DNA of 64,000 nucleotides from Dimorphilus gyrociliatus (lineage: Eukaryota > Animalia > Annelida). The notes beneath the pieces are model-generated. The model saw nothing but the letters and a program-made list of their open reading frames with translations. It was not told the DNA's origin and did not search any database. Positions 11,835 to 25,533 of this stretch are shown here, piece by piece. Every line of letters begins with the position of its first letter. The stretch's first letter is position 1. A program made the position numbers and the translations under genes. The stretch is from contig CAJFCJ010000004.1 of assembly GCA_904063045.1 (NCBI GenBank), forward strand, positions 923,713 through 987,712. The letters run 5' to 3'.

Positions 11835-14219
11835 AATAACGATAAATATTTCTATATGTAAATAAAAATACTTTATCTTTTCATATTCGATACAAACAAT
11901 CTTAAAAAATAAAGGAAAAGAGCCAAAATGAAATCAACGCAGTTATACGTTTAATCTCTTTGCAAGAAGTGATATCTTTTGTGTCTATGTGAATAATCGC
12001 CTAAGTATGCAAGCCTAGCAGGCAAATGTATATTCAATAGTCCTATATTCAAGAAGGCCTAAGGATTCAATGATTGTTATAAGCTGAACATAACATATAT
12101 AACTATTTCTTAAAAGAAAAGTAAAAAACAGGCTTTATATAGTTTGCTTATAGCAAGCGAATAATATAAAGGTCTATTTGCGAATTTTATTACATATAGC
12201 TAATATTAATTAACATAAATAAGATTTGATCTATCTGATTTAAAAGAGAAATATCATTTAAAATATATGTATATTTATAATATTTATGTAGTTTTAGAGT
12301 TTCTTGTCGGGAATTATTTACAAAATATTACACAATGGCCCAATAAACGCGCTATTGGTGTAGTTACAAGGACAAAAAATAATAATTTATAACTCCTTTT
12401 AATTTTCTCTTTTACTTAAAGAAAGCCTTTTTAAAGTATTGTTTTGTAATAAAGTTAGGATTGTATATTTGCAGGACTAACAATAACCTATTTAATAAGA
12501 AAAATACTAAAAAAGTTAGAGTGTGTAGTGCTGTTGTATATATTATAAAATTTTTATTGATTGTTATTGAGAAAACAATGACAGGTAATATTGGCTCGTA
12601 ATTAAATTTGAAATAGTAAATACTTACGTTACTATCTTATTAACAATCTCTGTTTAGTAGCGTTTCTTTAATGAAGAATATGCAGAAAACAACACTAGCT
12701 GCCAATTGTTGACTAGCAAAGTAGTGAAATTATAACAGAAAGTTTTCTAATATATCTCGGTACGTTGTAATACCCTCTTTTTTTCGAAAAGTAATGTCAC
12801 GTGTTAAAAAGAACCTTCACATTAATACCTAGTAATTCTTGTACGTGTTCTTTTGAATTTGACTAACTTACTCCACTCTGATAGGAATTTACACTATCTA
12901 AAAATAAAATAGCTTATTTATACATTTTTAGTTATAAACAGTACAGACTATTTGTTTCGTAGTTAAGTAAGGGAGGCTTGCCATCGAACTTTAACCTAGT
13001 CAAAAAACCTTTCACCTTGGAGAAATTTTGTTAAATGGTTGTTCCTATAGAAAAAAGACCTTTTCAGAAAGAGTAAATTTTTATTCGTGCTGTCGAAAAT
13101 CAACAAAATTGTTCTTTCTTTTCTCAAGGCTACGCTTTTTTTAACTTTTTTTTCTTTCTATTTTATTTTTCTCTATATATTGATAAACTTATAACCTAAC
13201 TTTATCTTTTCTATTTATTAACGTGTTTGCATTTTGGGAAAACCCAAAGCGAAGAAAGGCTTCTTAATCTCCTTAATCCTTTTTGTATATTCATTAACAA
13301 AAGGTTTACTAAGAAAACAGGCGATTGCATCTTGGTAAGTTATAGCAACCTTTAAAATTTTCGCTAGAATTTGTTTTTAATAATTCTGAATGTTTCGTAT
13401 TTCTAGAAAAAGTGTTCTTTCATCCATCAACTTTTTAAAAGGAATTAAATTTATTTAAATCCGATAGAGGGCGGTAGGTTGTAGATACACTTGCTTGAAA
13501 ATTATTATTTTCAGAGCATTTATGATAGATATTAATTATTGAAGCAGAATGACTATGTACACTTAATATAACAAATAAAGAGCATAATGATGTCATTTTA
13601 GCTATTTTCCATTTAAGAGAGCATGCATTTACATAAATAGTTTATTGTATATATTGTTCATATATGAACCCGTATCAATAATATAATACATTTTTTGTTA
13701 TAGAAATTGTTTTTTACTTAATCAATAAAATTTTGCATTTATGTAATCGGATTTATTGTTCAAATATTAAAAATGTATTATTATTTAAGAATGTTAGTAA
13801 GCCTTTTTTAAAAAGCGATAGTCTTAAATATTAACTATTTTTCGTGACTTCCTAGAAGAATACATACGGATAGTAACAATTTTCCCTGTTGTAGAAACAG
13901 CTTTGTGCTATTCAAGGAAATAAATATACAGTCAAAAATATTTTAAGCATATATGTTTATATATACATTATATATTTATAGTGTATATACTAAATATACA
14001 ATTTATATGAGCATTAACTTTTCACAAACAGTCAGTATAAGGATTTATGGCTGTAATCAAAACATGAATAGTAAAATACTTCTGCCTTTTTGTCTTAGTC
14101 TCTAAGTATTTGTCAAGCTTAAATTAACCATATAGAAAGGGAAGATATTTGTAAAAAATAGCATATTTTTATTAATTTGGCAGCAAAGGATCTAGACAAT
14201 AGCACTTTACTTGCTATAT

Positions 14220-16118
14220 TTACAATTTACAATAACAAATACCTTTCAGTTCCCTATTATTGATGCAATCAGACTGATTACCATACTTATCCAATCGTTC
14301 AAAATTCTCAAGTAGAGTGAATTTCCTTGAATCATAGGAATAGCCTACCATAGCTTCGAAAATTCCAAATGATGGTTTAGCTATAAAAGTAATTACTAAT
14401 TTAGCATACGAACTATCAGTTTTTGATTTTAGTTCATTTTCAGTTAATGGAACGCCATCTTTCAAAGATTTTAGCAGAATAAAAGCTTCAACAGCTCTTG
14501 ATAAAGACATTGTTTTACATACTTTTTTCTTATCGTGTTTTTTGACAAGAGATCTCATTTTTGAAAATGCAAATGATGTAGCTGATCTAACAAGCTTATT
14601 TTCTGTTGATATCTTCATTTGGGTTTTACACAAGCAGTCTCTTTGTCTAAGTGGAGCAGTTTGGCACGTTCTATTATCTGGTATTATATTGAACAATGAC
14701 TCTCCTCTTTTCTTGCCGTGTTTTTCATAATATAACTTCTCGTTATTCAAATTTAATAAATGATATAAAGTTTTATGAATATCAAAATAAGTAGAAAGTT
14801 TCTTTGAATTTAAACGCATATGCTCGTAGTAAGTCGGATACTTTGCTATAAAATCTCTGGGTGGAACTATTATCATAAATGGCAAATGCTCTTCGTATCT
14901 ACCAACGTACGTTTGTCTGAATGTGCCATATCTTAGACCATGATCAGCGTAGAAAAAAAGAAACGAGTTTTTAAAAACATCTCTCTCTTTGATTTCCTGA
15001 AAGAAATGTAAGTAGTCTTTTTCTAAAGCTCCCAGAGTATCTAATCTTGAATGAACTGAAATCGCTTGATGAATATGAGCCCACCATTTTTGATCCTTAT
15101 ATATACTTTGATACTGCAAGACCCAATCGGTAAGAGCTTGGACGTTTGTTTTTTGACCAAAACATAGTGAACTTGGCGACAATTTACCTTTCGACGCTGC
15201 ATCAGTAAAAGGTATTCCCCAATAGTCCATGGGTTGGTTTTTAAAGCCTCTGATAGCCGACTTAAACATAGAAAATTGAGAATCATCTTCGCTAAATAGA
15301 GTCACATAACCTTTATCTGCAAAATCTTGAAATGCAAATCGATATTTATCTAAATAGGGTTTAGAGGAAAAACCCTTCCACTCTTGTACCCATTTACCCC
15401 TAAGCATAACACCAATATTTCCAAGAGTGTAGCCAGCTACTTTGATAAAACCCTCATAATCTATCGCATTTAAATCTTTAAGCAAATAATCGTAAACTTT
15501 CGGCATATATCGTATTAAATTATTTCTAGACGTCGAATCAATTCCGACAAATAATAAATTATAAAGTGAGCTTTGAGATTGATTATACAAGGCCTTGCCT
15601 CTTTTCCAAAATACATTGGTATGATAATTCTCATATAATAAACTAGAATTCCGTTGACAGATAACTTTCAAAAATTCAATTTTTTTCAAAGGAAGAGAGT
15701 AGTTAATCTTTAAATCAATAGGAATTGCTGCACCTAATGAAAATCCAAAATCTGTTTTCGCTTTTCGGGATATTTTATAGTATTTACACACAACACCACG
15801 TGAAATTAAAGCAGTTCGATCGTCTTTAGATATTTTTAAATGCCCATCTTCTACCCATGTGAAATTTTTTAATTTTTGTTTTTTTGTACAATCAGGCCTT
15901 GTCATTGTTGTAAAGTGCTGTTTTGCTATTGGGGAGAATGGAGCAATATACTCCACTTTGCATCCTGTTGTATTTATTAGTAGTCCATCTCTGATATTCA
16001 CTTTTGTTAATAGAGTATTGTAAGAATCATCAATGGTTATTCCGTAATATGTAAAAGTCAATGTCATCAGTGCACTTACAATTATCAGCAGGAAAAGGTG
16101 CAATCTGAAATAGAGCAC
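14220..16118 (-). CDS. DUF229-family protein (alkaline phosphatase/sulfatase-like fold, type II membrane); exact start uncertain
   Basis: 632-aa uninterrupted ORF. N-terminal TM segment, TTGCKV, GIDSTSRNNLIRYMPK, GYVTLFSED, GFKNQPMDYW, FFYADHGLRYGTFRQTYVGRYEEHLPF, RTCQTA, C-terminal CYC. The ORF opens at GTG just after an AG, so an upstream exon is likely. Confidence 0.85.
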   Translation of the reverse strand: MLYFRLHLFLLIIVSALMTLTFTYYGITIDDSYNTLLTKVNIRDGLLINTTGCKVEYIAPFSPIAKQHFTTMTRPDCTKKQKLKNFTWVEDGHLKISKDDRTALISRGVVCKYYKISRKAKTDFGFSLGAAIPIDLKINYSLPLKKIEFLKVICQRNSSLLYENYHTNVFWKRGKALYNQSQSSLYNLLFVGIDSTSRNNLIRYMPKVYDYLLKDLNAIDYEGFIKVAGYTLGNIGVMLRGKWVQEWKGFSSKPYLDKYRFAFQDFADKGYVTLFSEDDSQFSMFKSAIRGFKNQPMDYWGIPFTDAASKGKLSPSSLCFGQKTNVQALTDWVLQYQSIYKDQKWWAHIHQAISVHSRLDTLGALEKDYLHFFQEIKERDVFKNSFLFFYADHGLRYGTFRQTYVGRYEEHLPFMIIVPPRDFIAKYPTYYEHMRLNSKKLSTYFDIHKTLYHLLNLNNEKLYYEKHGKKRGESLFNIIPDNRTCQTAPLRQRDCLCKTQMKISTENKLVRSATSFAFSKMRSLVKKHDKKKVCKTMSLSRAVEAFILLKSLKDGVPLTENELKSKTDSSYAKLVITFIAKPSFGIFEAMVGYSYDSRKFTLLENFERLDKYGNQSDCINNRELKGICYCKL

Positions 16119-16959
16119 TTTAAGAAACTAACAAATAAGATAACCTAAAAAATTGAGCAACATCAGGTTGGTGCAGAAGTAAAGAGAAATATCGATTTAT
16201 AAGCTCACTTTCTAGAATATTTGTGTAGCATACTCATTGGATATTTCTTTTAAATCAGATAACAGCCTTCCTGGTAATTTATTTTATTATATGATAAATC
16301 AGCTGATGATGGATAACTTCTTGGAATATGGCTACTACGCTTGCTTTTGTATATCCTTCTGAATTATTTCTTTAGTGTACTCCAAGTAATGTCCATGCAA
16401 AATGCAGCCTACTTTTTGCAATGACACCTGGTGTGGAAAACGAGAATAAATGTATATTTAGTAAAATATCGCTTCTTTGAGTTTGCCCTACATATAAATC
16501 AATAATAACATAATTAAAATAGATTAAATATAAATAAAGGCAATTGAATTATCTACACTTTTGTTTTTATTTAATAAATATCTATGTATAAAATAAATGA
16601 TGACCTAATGTTAAAATCTTATAAATACTGTATATTGCTATGTTAACCATTTAAAAGAAAAAGATATTGGCTATTGTATTACCAAGCCATTCTTGTTTTT
16701 ATTGATGATTCAAAGACGAGTTTTTTCTTGCGATGCCAGTTTTTTTTAGCGTTTTATTACTAATTTCCTCCATTTACTAATCGAAACAACTTTGTTTTAT
16801 ATATGAAAACATTGAAAATTCATCACAGATTCCTTATGAAACAATGAAAAATTTGTTGAAAAAATGCTTTTTATTTAAATTAATATATATGACAGCTGTT
16901 TTTTTTTTTTGCAGTATTCCAATTGTTCCGTTAGCCAGAGACTTGTTCAGCTTTTTCAC

Positions 16960-17310
16960 TTCTCATCCGTAATTCCTCCTTATTTATAAACTTAAATCGG
17001 TCATAGATTGTATCTTTTAGCATGTGCCAACACGTTTTTAATTAGTGAAAAGTCGGTAGAATAGAATGGCTATTGCAGAGCATTTATATTTTTATCTTCG
17101 GAAATATCGTCTTTGCCTTATGGCAGGGTGCATTATCATGTTGGAAAATGAAGTCATCTGGTATTTTCTCATCAAAGGGTAAGGTCTCCTTTTTCAGTAA
17201 ATTCAGGTACCATACCTTGGTACATTCTCTAGAATGTATTCCCGAAATGAAGTAAGGCTCCCCAGACCATTACTCTGTATGGTCAGATGCAGGGAACTAT
17301 TTTGGAAAGA
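16960..17310 (-). mobile_element. Degenerate Tc1/mariner transposase remnant (DDE catalytic region)
   Basis: Minus-strand translation gives RVMVWGA (about 17258-17278), FIFQHDNAPCHKAK (about 17115-17155) and STDFSLIKNVL (decayed SPDLNPIENVW, about 17025-17057), interrupted by stops and frameshifts. Boundaries are approximate. Confidence 0.75.
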
Positions 17311-20300
17311 TTTGTTTCCCTCTTTATTTCTTACTTAGTCTTTTTTAAGACTTTTTCATGCCTCCCTTCCTGACCACTAAACGAAAAATTTTGTTCTTTG
17401 AACCATTTTTGTGTAATATATAGGATTTAGACAGAAAGAAAATCAGCAAATTTTCAATAGTTTCGTAAGAAATCTATAATAAATTTCCAATGTTTTCAAA
17501 TGTAAACATAGCTGTTTTGATTTGATAAGGGGATAAAATTAGTAATATCAAATAGGCATTGCACAAAGAATTTCGTCTGTAACTGAATACACTGTAGTAT
17601 TATAATTAAGTGTTCTCAAAACTGTATTATACACATTTTCCATTATTTTTCGTAACTCTATTCAAAAGTATGTATATTCCACAAGCAATTAACACATTTT
17701 TACGAGTTGTAATATCAATCTGTTAGTGATAATTCTATCATTATTCAATTCTAAATACAAATTTGTTAAATCTGATCTATCTTATTTCAATATCAAATAC
17801 TTTTAAATAATAAATAGAGAATAAATAATTCTTTGTAAAAACTCTTATTTCAGTTATTTCCTAAATAGTCATACTTTCCATAAAGTAGACTTTCTATTAT
17901 AAAACACTGCATAAAATATATAGATAATAAATATTTAAAATCTCTAGCCTCTAGCATAACCTAGAATTACCATTAATAAGTTTGAGAAAGCTATTACTTT
18001 GGCGTCATTTTATAATCCATCTTTCAAAATCATAAACTATACCATTACACAAAATAGGATTTTTTCAGAAAAACGATTAAACTCTACAATAGAAATAAAG
18101 ATAAAATATATTCCCATATGTGTATTTGTAATCGATCATTGTCGAAAACTGAAAATAGAAGAATACTAATTTTAGTCTTCAACTGCAAAAGAATGCAAAT
18201 ATGATCGTTTTAAATCATAAAATATTATTATTCCTCTATATAAACCAGTCGGATTAATATTCGCAATTCTGTCACGAGCCACTTTATTATCTATCGAAAT
18301 GAGTAAGTTGTTCCTTATATATATATTTTTAGTAATATCTTGGATAGTATTATAATTTTTCCTAAAAACAAAGCTTTTAAAGAGTTTTTAGCTCCTACTT
18401 CATTCGAAAGAACATTAATCTCCTATTGTTTCAAAGACATTATACGCTATATGCTTTAATGCAATCTGTTTATGTTAGTATTATAAACGCGTCGCGTCAT
18501 CACTATTTCAGCTTTGCTCAATATAAATATCTGAATAATTCAATATGGAATTCACTGATGAAATGAATTGATTAAAAAAGATCACTTTCATATAGGCAGA
18601 AAAGAGATAAATAAGAGTATACTAATAACTAATACTTATTTCCAATAATAGTTAAGTTTTATTGATTAATTATGAATTAATTTTTGTCCAGTAAATAGCC
18701 TAAACGTATTTTGCAAACTCAATGTAAGTTTCTTTCTGAGTAGATATCGTATAATTACCACCACTGTAAGTTTAAGTCAGCTCACGATATAAAAGCCACT
18801 GGACTCCACCTGTAACCGGTTCAAGTTTCGGTTATGGAGACTTTAAAGATTTGCAATTTCTTGAGAAGCTGAGCTGATACCAAAAGTTTTCAGGTTGATG
18901 TAGGCGAGTTGTGTCACTATTGAAACTAAGTTCAAGCCAGCACGACTGAGGTATAAAGCATATAAAAAGCATTCCTCATGCTTTATTCGAAAAAGTAGGC
19001 CACATATTTGTATTAAAAGCTGTCTGCTACTCAAAAACAGTAACACGTAGTGAAGACTATTGAATACCACTGCACTGAAAAGTAAAAAGTTGCTGAAGAT
19101 AAATGTAATACAAATATGACATACAAATATTTGATGCAGCAAATAACATTATATGTTTAATTTTCTTTTTTTTTAAGTATACTCAGCATGGGTTTCAGAA
19201 ATAATGATATATCTTTACTATAAAATCCTTTATTTTGGGAAATATCCCCAGACTATACAATAATTAAGACTTTAATCCTACAATTTCTTAGATTTATATT
19301 TGTATACTATACTTAGGCTATCTGTCGGATTATAGTATGAGGATTCACCTAGCTGTGTTTGTTAAACGTTAGTGCCATCTGTAGTTAGTTTAGGGTATAA
19401 AAAATGTTGAACAAAAAGCGAAATCGCCTGAAGGTTTTGATTATCGGTCTGTATCATTGTTTTAAAACAATGGTGAGTAACAGGGGTTAATTCGTATATT
19501 TATAGAAATGAAACAAAGAAAACAGACCTTTCCTTGTTTACCTTTAATAGTTTTGTTGTTTTGTTTGCTAAATTTCTGTAGTGTCTAGTTTTAAAAGTAT
19601 CAAATTTTCAAAGGTTTTATCAGTAAGAAATTAAAGAGAGCTTGGAAAGTATATCGCGAATATTTTTTATTAATATTTTACTTGGGGATCATATCTAGCT
19701 TTAAGCAAAAAATATGCATTTATTACGTCTACAGACTTCTTATAACACCTTTTACCCATTGGCGTTATCGTTTAGTTTTTTACTCTCCTTTATTCTTTCT
19801 TCCCTATAGACTTATCCTTTTTCCAATATTTACTAATAGGAAAAAAGGTTGTAGCCTAGAGTTAAGATAACCTAGAAAAATTTCCTTTAAAAATTAACAA
19901 TTGTAATAAGATTCCAAAGGTTCCAACAATATATGTTTGCCATACTAATACAGATGAAAATCTCCAAAAAGGTTCTATCCCTGCCAAAAATTACTATGGC
20001 ATCTTTCCAAATGACCTTTTGTTTTTTATTAATGGTGTATTTTCCCCTTAAAATGTTTCTTATACAAAAAACTGTGTTTTAAGGCCTTTAATAATTATTT
20101 ATATTCAACTAAATTGTTTAGCGAAAAGTTGATAAACAAAGTTTGAATAAACCCACTAAAGTACTCTAATGGAATCCTGAGAAAGTCTATAACCTCGAAC
20201 CATGAGTACAGGTCTGTTATTCTTAGATGGTTTGAGATAGATCAAAGTTATGGAATTAGCTCATAGCCTAAGGACAATATTGCAGATTTTTTGCAAAAGT

Positions 20301-22454
20301 CTTTTATTTATTAGTATGATTGTTAAAACTTTAAAATAAATTCTAGCAGGGATATTTTAAAAGACTTTGTTATTTTCTTCCTAATATTTGTCGGCAATCA
20401 TTACAAAGGACAAAAGAGAAGACCGATTAACACCATGCTATAATTTACTTCCCTAATTAAAAAAATGAGATAAACAAAGATAAATTCCTCTCTTTAAATG
20501 ATTTTTTCCCCTAATATATAAGATTTACATGATAAACCTGTAATTTACAGTATGAAGAAGCTATTTTTAATTTATAATTATCAGCTGACTTATTAATCAT
20601 AACTGTTAAGGGCTATGTACAACATCATGCTCTTTACATGGAATTAGAATCATGAATCACTAGACTTCATTCAGATGTCATTGAGTGAGATCAGAATTGT
20701 GAATTATTAATAGAAAATTAATTAACAATTAAATCATAAAACTCTGAAAGATATTCATATAGATTATTAGAATAAACAAAGATAATGAGATATTGATAAG
20801 ATCGAATCATATTCCATTGTTTTTCATTTTTGACAATTGATTTGACCTGTCCAAAGTAGTTCTTCTTCTATTCTTCGCTTTTTTCTTTAATTAGCTCTTA
20901 ATCCAATATAGATAAATGAAACTTGATAATACGTATTTTAGTGTCTTCTTTAACAATTAAACTGATATGATTAGGAATAAACTAGTATTATTTGACCAGT
21001 AACAATTAATAGAGTATTTGAATGTCGATTGACTTACATTTACATTGTTATGATATGTAGACTAACAAGTCACGTACTCATATATAAGCGTCTATGGCAA
21101 CTCAATAATTTCCGGAAAGGATGTATGTTTGATAAAAGATAATAAATTCAAATTGCTGCCTCAGCAATGTAACCACAAAATAGTACCGTTATGTATATTT
21201 CGGGAAAAAATTGCATAATATGCAATCTATATAGCATTTTCGTCCAGCAGCGAATAGAGTAAGTTAATTGGCCTTTCGGATTAATTGCAAAAAACTACCG
21301 GTATTGCTTGTATAAACAGTCCAAACATAGACGCGTTAAATGGGATATAAATTTAGATGATAAAAAAAAGGAAGATTGCGCACCGTCACAACCACTATTA
21401 GTATTACTTAAACCTAATCACTATGTCTAAGCTATTCGTTACAATATTTCCATTGAATAAATAACTACTGTGTATTGTTATTCTTGTAGTTGTATCTAAT
21501 TAAAAATAACTTAATTTACATATTTATCGTATCATGTCAAAGGCTAACTAAAATTAGGGACAATTCCCTTTGTAAAGAGTCGCCATCTATACTCAATTTA
21601 TAAGAAAAAATTGGTAATAAACAAACATGCCACCTATCTCTTTATTTCTTTCTCCTTAAATTCGAGAGGTGTTTAACTTTTGCTTTTATGCTTATTTATT
21701 TTTTATGCCATTGTTGTTTTATTAATAATAATAGTTGAAATAATTAAGATTTTAAAACATTCTATTCTATTCCGATGGTAGGGCTATCAAACACTTCAGA
21801 TGTCATAAAAACGCTAGGCCTAGATATATGTAAATAAAATAGCTTCAAAACAAAAAAAAATTTTTACAAAACTTAATTTTGAAGCAAAAAAATAAAAAAT
21901 TTACGATTCGATCCTATCAGATATTCTGTTACTTTAACTTTCTAATATATTCAATTATGTAATAATGAAAATTGTATTGTTTTTGAACATGAAGAGCAAA
22001 CTATAAGCCCAAACTCTACTCATTTTATTCATATATTGTTCATTTAAAACATTTAATTATCACAACCCGCCTTAAAAATACCAAACAGCCAATCAGCGTC
22101 CAGCATTTACGATATACTCTCTCAGTTAGCTCCGAGATTTTGACGGATGTGCTTTTAGGACTGCGTAAACTTTTTTCATATGGAGAAAAAGCTGTTAAAA
22201 AGGTCAGTAAGTTTGTCAAAGATAAAGCATGAGACATTTTCTTCTTTTATTTTTTTCCCTAATCACCATCTGCCCAGCAGATTTTTTTTTTAACAAAAAT
22301 ATGCTATACACGTGTTTATATATAAGAAATTCTTTCGTTCAGTCAAGAAAAGTTTCGAATTACGTTATAATTTTCGGATTAAGGTCGCGACAGAGAAAGG
22401 CGCGTCTTTTATGCAAATTAGTTATGCTAATTAGGTTTCCCGTGTAAACAGGCT

Positions 22455-25097
22455 ATGAGTATTATCGACGTCATCTTCTGCCTACTTCTTCTACTTCTCT
22501 CGTCTTGTGAGGCGGACGTGAAGAGGCGGGCGATCCTCAGTTTGTTTGCGTTGGACGACGTCGATTATAAAAGTGAATTTCAAGTGCCTCAAGTCGTTTG
22601 GCAATTGTATAAATATCCTGAGATCTTGGACAGGATCGGTTTGAGGGGTGTTAATGTTATCCGTGCCTATGAACACAGTAAGTAGATATAATAAGATATT
22701 TTACTATTTATCTTTTATTTATATATTTAGAAAAGTATAAAATGAACTGCTATACAAAGCATAATATATATTCCCGACAACACTCTTTGTCACGCATAAT
22801 AATCAATTATTAACTTGAAAAATTTACTTATTTCTTAAACTCTATTCAGAAAATCTGAATTGAATAATTAATTATTTAAATAAAGAGTTATTTTTAAATG
22901 AGAACATATTTAAGGATATAAAGAAAAGACTTAGGCAGACAGGAAGAGCAAGATAGACAGAACATGTACAAGGTAATAGGGGTGGGTAGGTAGAAAGGTA
23001 CAAGTTTTGATAAAGGTGAAGGCAAAAGATAAAAGATAAAAAGAAAGAAAAGAAATACTTTAAAGAAAAGTTCAGCTGTTTATAGCTGTATTTAAAATCT
23101 CGTCTTTAAGCCATCTTATTCGAAACGTCTACAAATTATAACTTTAACGATAGTAGATAACCTCCAAAGATTCTCTATCGGCTTATAAAAACAATAGAAG
23201 AATAAAACTTTTTATCTAAAAGTTTATAAGGATATATTATTTTTTAATTCAAGAAAAAAAAAACCAGGTTAAACTGGTCACGAAAAAGGAATGAAAGATG
23301 AATGACTAAGTTGAACATTACATATAAAAATGTATAGAAAAAGGTAGAATTATAACATTTTTCAATAGTTAATTAAAAATAGTCTACGAGTCTCTTAAAT
23401 TGGGAGGGAAAAAACTATAAGAAATTTTCTACTTGTTTACAATGTTTGCATGAATAATTCGTATTTACAGTACTTACAGTTTTACACCTAATTAGTCAAT
23501 TACGCTTATGATATATGCCTTATGTGCTATCGCGTTCCATTTATCCGTCATAAAAATGTCTATACTTTTATATATAACAAAATTATTTGTCAATGTGCCA
23601 AAGAAAAACTAATTTATGAGCATTTAATGTCACTAGTTGCATTATAACTTAAGAAAGGAGAGACTATAAAAATAATAGAATCAATTTTTAGCGGGTAAGG
23701 GAAACGTTAGGCCTTTTATGTTGTTTTTTAAGGAAATTTTTAATTTATACAATTGTTGAGACAAAGAGAAAACATCTCTTGAAGAAGGGGGCGGCTATTT
23801 CTTGTGTAAAAGAAGCGATATAGATAATTAAGTGTTTATGGAAAAGATAAAAAAGTAAAAAAAGATTATAAGATCAAAGATATATTATCTTAATTTTATC
23901 TTTTAAACGTATACAATAAAGAACAGTTCAGGTTTTTTTATGTGTATATTTTATATGTATTACAATATCGTGTTATGTCGGGAAACAATGGGATTTCCCC
24001 ACCCACCCCACCACCCCCATCTCAAAAAAAAAAGAGAGTTTTAGAGATTAGGCCTATTTTCTTTAGAGATCCCTTAACTCTATCTGTCAATAATAAAAAA
24101 AAAGAAGGGGAAAGGAGCGTACGTATTGCAATCTAAGAAAAATATTTATAAACAATACAACTAAATTTCCAGACTCCGCTCATCTAACCTTTTTAAAAAA
24201 AAACCAAAAAGTAAAAAAAAAAAGAACCTCGCCAAAAAAACGCTAAGGCAACTAGATGGTGAAGTTCGATAAGCAGACGGAGAATGGAACACCTTTCGAG
24301 CAGCCTGCGGCTTTTTTCATTCTACACTTCTCTATTTATTTTCAGCCGAATCGTCTTATTCGAATTCCGACTCGCATTTTCTCCACTTTTCTCTCCGACC
24401 GAAGAACAGAGAGAAGTTAATTGACGCCCTCTTTTCAATATACAAGCAAGATGAAGGTCCAGAGACGATCGAAATATCTACGCAAAGGAATCTTAATGAT
24501 TCCAAAATCTTACATTCCAGACTATTAAACAGAACTGGTTGGTACCATTTACCGGTAAAAAAATATGCCGCTAAAAAAGGCAACGGGGATAAATTCCTAA
24601 AAGTTAATCTTAAGAGTAAAGTTCGTAAGCCTACAAGAATACGACGTTCAGTTTCTCAGCCTCATGGACAGGCCTTTTTATTGACGTTCTCGAGAGATAA
24701 GACAAAAAATTATAGACGGAGAAGAAGTGTTCGACCCAAACCCAAGCGACAACGTCGAAGTCGGAAAGTGAAGCGCAAACAACGTCACAACAGAGATAAA
24801 TGTGCTTTACACAGCTACCATGCCGATTTAAACTTATATGACTTAATTATAGCTCCAACAACCTATTCAGCAAATATATGTAAAGGCGTTTGTAAATTTC
24901 CTCTGGATTCAACAAAAAATGCGACAAACCACGCTATTATTCAAAGCGTTAGTAATAGCATTGATCGCAATATACCAAATCCATGTTGCGTACCTATACA
25001 GTTGGAAAGTTTACGAGTTATATTCAGAAATAGTGACCATTCAGTTGAAATTAAAAATATCGAAAATATGGTGGCTAGCAGTTGTGGTTGTAGGTGA
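22455..25097 (+). CDS. TGF-beta superfamily ligand, divergent BMP2/4 (Dpp)-like, 2 exons, 324 aa
   Basis: Exon 1 is 22455-22677 (signal peptide, prodomain start, donor a|gtaagt). Exon 2 is 24346-25097 (acceptor ttttcag), phase 1 and open to the stop. Polybasic furin-type sites RIRR|S, RRRR|S and RQRR|S; seven-Cys knot with NATNHAIIQ, PCCVP and MV..CGCR. Confidence 0.9.
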
Positions 25098-25498
25098 CTG
25101 CTGTTCTTGAACATTATCTCTTGCCGTTTTTTGGTGCTGTCTCAGTCCTGCATTGGATAGTTTTATTTTTTTTTCTTTTTTTTTTTTGTTTGGCATAATA
25201 ATTTAATTTAACTTTCTAGACCTAAATTCTAACAACTGATTTATGTTAGTAAAAAGACTAGAGCTGTAAATACAGTTTTTATTTTACAAATATAATTATA
25301 AATAAATATGTACATAGACATATATAAGAAAAAATAAACTATATGTTATATATTGGTTGTTATTTATTTAAGATATGATTAATTTTTAGTTAGTTAATAT
25401 AGCTTGTTTATAGTCTTTACAAATTTATATATTTCTTTCTAGCATTTCTTTCTTTATCTGTTTAAATATCTCTTTCTTTCGTCCTCTCTCTCTTTCCT

Positions 25499-25502
<4 letters not shown>

Positions 25503-25529
<27 letters not shown>
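25503..25529. repeat. (CT)n microsatellite
   Basis: Direct reading of the sequence. Confidence 0.95.

Positions 25530-25533
<4 letters not shown>

Noticed and set aside
16141-16440. Coding-like sequence upstream of the DUF229 ORF as its first exon
   Set aside because: A donor in the right phase exists near 16145, but that frame has no ATG before an upstream stop, so the start remains unresolved.
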